DNA from: an uncultured delta proteobacterium
GTDB taxonomy: Bacteria > Myxococcota_A > UBA9160 > UBA4427
NCBI GenBank assembly: GCA_963822965.1
Contig: CAWGJT010000012.1
Span: 1-64,000, forward strand
Reading direction: 5' to 3'
DNA length: 64,000 nt
Below, piece after piece: positions 58,271 through 64,000 of the stretch (position 1 is the stretch's first letter; each line of letters begins with the position of its first letter). The position numbers and the translations under genes are program-made. The notes below the pieces were generated by a model that searched no databases, was not told the DNA's origin, and was given only the letters and a program-made list of their open reading frames with translations.

Positions 58271-60194
58271 CGGTCGCCTCCCCAGCCCCAGGCTCGTCCG
58301 CCCGCGCCACGCTCACGGGCGCGGCATCGCGCGCGCGCTTCTTCTCGAAGTAACGCGCCAGCACCTTCTGGGCGATGGGCGCCGCGACGCTGCCGCCGCC
58401 GCCCCCCGCGTGCTCGACGATCACGGCCACCGCGATCTCGGGGTCCTCGGCGGGCGCGTACGAGGCGAAGAGCGCGTGGTCGCGGTAGCGGATCGGAATC
58501 TCGTGCTCGTCGAAATCCTTGATGGAATCCAGGCTCACCACCTGGGTGGTCCCGGTCTTGCCCGCCACGGCGACGTCCGGCACGCGCGCCCGGGCGCCCG
58601 TACCCCCAGGCTGCTGCACCACCGCGGTGAGCGCCCGGGAGACCGTCGCCAGCACCTCGGGAGGAATGCCCACCTTGCGCGGATGCGACGGCTCGATCTT
58701 CTTCACGGTCTTGCCGTCCCAGGTCTCGAGCCGCCGCAGGATATGGGGCTCCACCCGCGTGCCACCGTTCGCGATCACCGAGAAGGCGACGGCGAGCTGG
58801 GTGGCGGTGACCAGATTCGCCCCCTGCCCGATGGACACGGAGACCGTCTCGCCCTTCTGCCACGGCTCCTTCTTCACGCGCTGCTTCCATTCCGGCGTGG
58901 GCACCAGGCCGGGCTTCTCTCCGGGCAGGTCGATGCCCGTCAGCTGGCCGAGGCCGAAGAGCTTCGCGTAGCGCGCGATGCGCTCGATCCCGAGCTTCAC
59001 GCCCAGCTGGTAGAAGTAGACGTCGCAGGACTGGACCAGGGCCTGTGTGAGATTGACCGAGCCGTGTCCCCCGCGCTTCCAGCAGCGGTAGGTGCGGCGT
59101 CCCAGCCGGTAGTACCCCGGGCAGAAGACCTCCTCGTCGGGATCGATCTCTCCTTCGGCCAGGCCCGCGACGGCCATGATCGCCTTGAAGGTCGAGCCGG
59201 GCGAGTACTGTCCGGCCGTCGCGCGGTTCTGCAGCGGCACCCACTCGTCGCCGATCAGCCGCTTCCACTCGTCGGTGTCGATGCCACCGGCGAAGTCGTT
59301 CGGGTCGTAGGTCGGCCGGGACACCAGCGCCAACACCTCCCCGTTGCGGGGATCGAGGGCGACGAGGGCGCCCATCTTGTCGGGCTCGTCGGGGTCGTCG
59401 GACTCGAAGGCCTCCTCGGCGGTGCGCTGCAGGTCGAGGTCGATGTTGAGGACGGCGCGGCCGCCCGGCACCGGGGCGATCTTGTCGATCTCCCGGATCT
59501 CGCGACCGGCGACGTCCACGATGACGTTGCGGCCGCCGGGGCGGCCGCGCAGGTGGTCCTCGAGCCGCGCCTCCAGACCGATCTGACCCACGATCTCGCC
59601 GGCCCGATAGTCCGCGAAGCGATCCTGGTCGAGCTGACCCGCCTGGATCTCGCCGATGGTGCCCAGCAGGTGAGCGGCCCGCGTCGCCTCCACGTAGTGA
59701 CGCCGCGGGCGCATGTCCGTGACCACCCCCGGCAGCGCGAAGCGGTGCGCTTCGACGCGGGCGAGGAGCACGTCGCCCATGTCGCCGTCGAGCTCCACGG
59801 GCTGGAAGCGCGCCCTTCCCTTCGGGTCGCCCACCTTCGCCCGCAGCTCGCCGGCGTCGCGATCGAGCAGCTGCCCCAGGGCCGCAAAGGTCCGCTTCGG
59901 CGCGTTCAGCTCGTTGGGAATCACCTGGACCCGATAGGCGGGACGGTTGGCGGCCATCACCCGACCCTCGCGATCGACGATCTCGCCGCGGGGCGCCTCG
60001 AGCACCAGGGTGCGCGCATAGTTGCGCTCCGACCGGATGCGGAGATCGGCGCCCTCGAGGATCTGGAGCTGGAAGAGGCGGACGGTGAAGACCGCGAACG
60101 CCAGGCCGATCACCACGCCGACGAGGCCGAGCCGGCCGTCGCCCAGGGGCGAATCGGCCCCGCCCAGCCGGTCGTCCCCGTAGCCCCCGAGCAT
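58257..60194 (-). CDS. mrdA: Penicillin-binding protein 2
   Basis: APRGEI.DR.G; transpeptidase motifs STFK, SCD and KTG. Confidence 0.95.
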   Translation of the reverse strand: MLGGYGDDRLGGADSPLGDGRLGLVGVVIGLAFAVFTVRLFQLQILEGADLRIRSERNYARTLVLEAPRGEIVDREGRVMAANRPAYRVQVIPNELNAPKRTFAALGQLLDRDAGELRAKVGDPKGRARFQPVELDGDMGDVLLARVEAHRFALPGVVTDMRPRRHYVEATRAAHLLGTIGEIQAGQLDQDRFADYRAGEIVGQIGLEARLEDHLRGRPGGRNVIVDVAGREIREIDKIAPVPGGRAVLNIDLDLQRTAEEAFESDDPDEPDKMGALVALDPRNGEVLALVSRPTYDPNDFAGGIDTDEWKRLIGDEWVPLQNRATAGQYSPGSTFKAIMAVAGLAEGEIDPDEEVFCPGYYRLGRRTYRCWKRGGHGSVNLTQALVQSCDVYFYQLGVKLGIERIARYAKLFGLGQLTGIDLPGEKPGLVPTPEWKQRVKKEPWQKGETVSVSIGQGANLVTATQLAVAFSVIANGGTRVEPHILRRLETWDGKTVKKIEPSHPRKVGIPPEVLATVSRALTAVVQQPGGTGARARVPDVAVAGKTGTTQVVSLDSIKDFDEHEIPIRYRDHALFASYAPAEDPEIAVAVIVEHAGGGGGSVAAPIAQKVLARYFEKKRARDAAPVSVARADEPGAGEATVASH

Positions 60195-60730
60195 CAGGTC
60201 GAGCGCCCCACCGCCCCGAGGCCGAGGGTACGCCGTCCCGGCTCGTCGTCGGCCCAGCTGGTGGCCCGACCGACGAGCGACGACATGGTGGGTGCGAACA
60301 GCCCCCCGACCGCGGCGTGGGCGAGCTGGGCGCCGAGCCAGCCCCAGCGAAGCTCCACGCCTCCCACGAAGAAGCCCGTGATCGCGAGCATCGCGAGCCC
60401 GTAGGCGAGGGTGAGGCCCATGGCGAACACCGCAAGCGGCCAGGAGCCCCGCAGATTGAGCTGACGCGTGGCGACGACGGTCGCCATGAACGCGAACAGA
60501 TCGAGCAACGCGTGCTGTCCGAAGAGCGACCCCGAGAGCAGATCGGTCGCGTACCCGAGGACGGCCGCGAGCGCGAGCCCGCCGGCCATCCCGTTCCAGC
60601 GCAGCCCGATCCCGATCAGGACGAGCAGTGCGAGATCCGGGCACCACGGAGGCGGCAGCACCGTCGCCAGCGCTCCCTGGAAGACCAGCGCCGCAATCGC
60701 CAGCGCGAGGAGGGTCGACGCGCGCTTCAC
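60194..60730 (-). CDS. mreD: Rod shape-determining protein MreD
   Basis: Hydrophobic; PDLALL and G...DLLSGS.FG; located between mreC and mrdA. Confidence 0.85.
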   Translation of the reverse strand: MKRASTLLALAIAALVFQGALATVLPPPWCPDLALLVLIGIGLRWNGMAGGLALAAVLGYATDLLSGSLFGQHALLDLFAFMATVVATRQLNLRGSWPLAVFAMGLTLAYGLAMLAITGFFVGGVELRWGWLGAQLAHAAVGGLFAPTMSSLVGRATSWADDEPGRRTLGLGAVGRST

Positions 60731-61647
60731 GACGCCGGGCGCCTTCCGGATTCGGCCCGCGCGGACTCCACCGGCTCCCCCGCGTCGTCGCGGTCGCCGT
60801 AGAGCAGGTCCATCGTCGGACCGCGGCGCATCATCACGAAGACCTGCTCGAGACGCCCGAAGTCCACCGCCGGTCGCAGGGTCGCGGTCTGCAGCAGCCC
60901 CCCGGCCGGATCTGCGAGGGCCACCACCTCGCCGATGCGCAGTCCCTTCGGATACACGCCGCCGAGCCCGGAGGTGATCACGACGTCTCCCACCTTCACG
61001 TCTCCGCCCCGCACCACGAACTCGAACTCGAGCTGGTCGGTTCCCCGGCCGCGCACGATGCCGCGCGCCCGGCTCCGCTGCACGATGCCGTCGATGGCGC
61101 TCTGCTGGTCGAGCAGCAGCATCGTCTTGGCGGCGTGACGCGAGGTCGCGGTGACGAGGCCGACCACTCCCTCGGCGGTGATGACGGGATTGCCGGCGCG
61201 AACGCCGTGGGCACCACCGCGGTCCACCAGCACCGAGCGGAACCACGGCATCACGTCGAGTCCGACGACCTCGGAGGGCAGCATGGGAATCTCGAAGTCG
61301 TCCCGCATGGAGGCGATCTGCTGCAGGTGGCCGCTGGCGACGAGCGCCTCGCGGTACTGCAGGTTCGCCTCCTCGAGCTCGGCCACGCGCACCCGCAGGC
61401 GGTCGTTCTGCTCCCGCACCTCGAGCAGCGCGACGTAGTCGCCCCAGATCCGGCGCACGCCCTCCACCGGCGCCGCCACCAGGTTCTGGACGGGCACCGC
61501 GATCTCCAGCACCACGGCCTGCCACCAGGGCAGATCGCGACCCCCGTCGGCGAGGGAACGCCGATCCGAGACCATGGTGATCACGGCCATGAGGGCCAGC
61601 ACGCCGAACAGCAGCGGCGCGCCGATGCGCTTCAGGAGATCCGGCAA
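60727..61647 (-). CDS. mreC: Rod shape-determining protein MreC; start uncertain (61647 or 61683)
   Basis: TM, coiled coil, VDRG..GV, GD.VITSGLGGVYPKG..IG.V and P.VDF..LE.V. Confidence 0.92.
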   Translation of the reverse strand: MPDLLKRIGAPLLFGVLALMAVITMVSDRRSLADGGRDLPWWQAVVLEIAVPVQNLVAAPVEGVRRIWGDYVALLEVREQNDRLRVRVAELEEANLQYREALVASGHLQQIASMRDDFEIPMLPSEVVGLDVMPWFRSVLVDRGGAHGVRAGNPVITAEGVVGLVTATSRHAAKTMLLLDQQSAIDGIVQRSRARGIVRGRGTDQLEFEFVVRGGDVKVGDVVITSGLGGVYPKGLRIGEVVALADPAGGLLQTATLRPAVDFGRLEQVFVMMRRGPTMDLLYGDRDDAGEPVESARAESGRRPAS

Positions 61648-61784
61648 TTGCCCCCCGAGACGGCCGAGGCCGCCTTCACACACTCCGGCGCCCAGTGGGC
61701 GCCCCGGTACCGACCCCCGGCGGCCGCCCCTTCGGGGGAGTCCCTCCAGGCCGCAGCCGGTTGCCTGGGAGGCTTTTCGGTCGA

Positions 61785-62924
<1,140 letters not shown>

Positions 62925-63133
62925 CTAACTGTCTGGATTCGCGGGACGTTTTGGCTCGCACCCTATGTGGCTGGAACGTACCAGCCGGCCCCATCCCGGG
63001 CAAGCAGGCGCACCTCCCGGCCGGCCCTTCCGGCGGGCCCCGACCGCCGGCCGGGTCGCTTGCTCGCGGGGGAACCGCTCCGTACTCTCCGCAACCCTGC
63101 ACCACCCGGCGGCACGCCCGCGACGGAGAACCG

Positions 63134-64000
63134 ATGCTCGACCAGATCAGAAGGGGTCAACGCTGGCTCACCGGCATCCTGGTGGCCCTCGTGGGTGGGG
63201 TGTTCGTCTTCTTCATGGGTCTCGGTGGCCCGCTCCGGGGCAACGCGCCCTCCCAGGGCGTGGTCGTCGAGCTCGGCGACATCCGGCTGGCCCAGTCGGA
63301 CTTCCTGCGAGCACGGATGCAGCAGGGCGAGGCCTACAAGGACCAGCTGGGCGACCAGTTCAACAGCAAGGCCGCGGGGAGCTTCCTCGACGCTCAGGCC
63401 CTGCGCCTGCTGGTGGATCAGGCCATCCTCGCCCACGACGCGGAGCAGCTCGGGCTGCGTGTGGGCAAGGAGGAGATCCAGCGGGTCATCGTCCAGAGCT
63501 CCGGCTTCCGGGACGAGACCGGCCGCTTCGACAGCAAGGCCTTCGAGCGCTACGTCGAGTACGAGTACGGCAACCAGCGCAACTACCTCGAGTACATGCG
63601 GCGGGCCCTGCTGGGGCAGAAGATGCTGCGCCTGCTCTACTCCGAGGGCGAGGTGAGCGAGGGGGAAGCCCGAGCGTCCGCCCTCTACCGCCTGGAGCAG
63701 GTCCAGATCGCCTACGTGGCGCTCGACACCGAGACGCTTCCCCCCGGATCCGAGCCCACCGCCGAGGAGATCCAGGCCTACGCGGCGGACCACGAGACCG
63801 AGCTCCGGGCGCTCTACGAGGAGAGGCTGGACGAGTTCAAGACGACCGCGAAGCTCCACCTGCGCCACATGCTCTTCGAGCTCGGCCCGAACCCCACCCC
63901 CGGGGAGCTCGCGGAGGCTCAGGCGCGGGCGGACGCCGCCCTGGCGCGCCTGAAGGCGGGCGAGGACTTCGCGACCGTCGCCCGGGAGCTCTCGGAGGAC
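63134..64000 (+). CDS. ppiD: PpiD-like SurA N-terminal domain / PPIase protein (3' part outside window)
   Basis: Open frame from ATG 63134 to window end: MLDQIRR..TM..., LVDQAIL...AEQLGL.V, FRDETGRFD...Y, HLRHML and GEDFA.VARELSED; divergent from mreB. Confidence 0.82.
   Translation, partial: MLDQIRRGQRWLTGILVALVGGVFVFFMGLGGPLRGNAPSQGVVVELGDIRLAQSDFLRARMQQGEAYKDQLGDQFNSKAAGSFLDAQALRLLVDQAILAHDAEQLGLRVGKEEIQRVIVQSSGFRDETGRFDSKAFERYVEYEYGNQRNYLEYMRRALLGQKMLRLLYSEGEVSEGEARASALYRLEQVQIAYVALDTETLPPGSEPTAEEIQAYAADHETELRALYEERLDEFKTTAKLHLRHMLFELGPNPTPGELAEAQARADAALARLKAGEDFATVARELSED

Noticed and set aside
62963..63868. 301-aa minus-strand ORF
   Set aside because: Antisense shadow of the ppiD-like gene, which the ORF track misses because it has no stop within the window

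Overview
High-GC, gene-dense bacterial chromosome segment with about 60 CDS. I saw no rRNA, tRNA, CRISPR array, prophage or IS element. The gene orders ccsA-hemA-hemC-cobA/hemD-hemB and ppiD<>mreB-mreC-mreD-mrdA-rodA suggest a Myxococcota/deltaproteobacterial organism (inference). The left half is mostly accessory: an MBOAT plus SGNH-like acylation pair, steroid/lipid-type oxidoreductases (two P450s including a CYP142-like one, and a ketosteroid-dehydrogenase-like flavoprotein), PPIase-HupE/UreJ, Ada-AlkA/Ogt, NYN, two ECF sigmas and egtD. The right half is mostly core: polA, acp, cysK, truD, rnhB, the heme operon, gmhA, trxA, the elongasome and ppiD. Many genes, including polA and hemC, carry single-base frameshifts that look like long-read consensus errors. 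The strongest hidden signal is a selenoprotein that the ORF track splits in two. An in-frame TGA at 21067-21069 reads ALAD-U-GSCTSC (UGSC family) and is followed 11 nt later by a perfect 8-bp/GUG-loop SECIS-like hairpin. The gene is translationally coupled to an upstream thioredoxin-fold (CPTC) fusion protein, forming a two-gene redox module of unknown function. Other signals are a recurring TAnnnT-N6-8-start leaderless-promoter architecture, a 9-bp and a 20-bp tandem array, a lipoprotein with an internal duplication, and a DHS-like gene coupled to gmhA. Family calls come from reading motifs; no database search was run.
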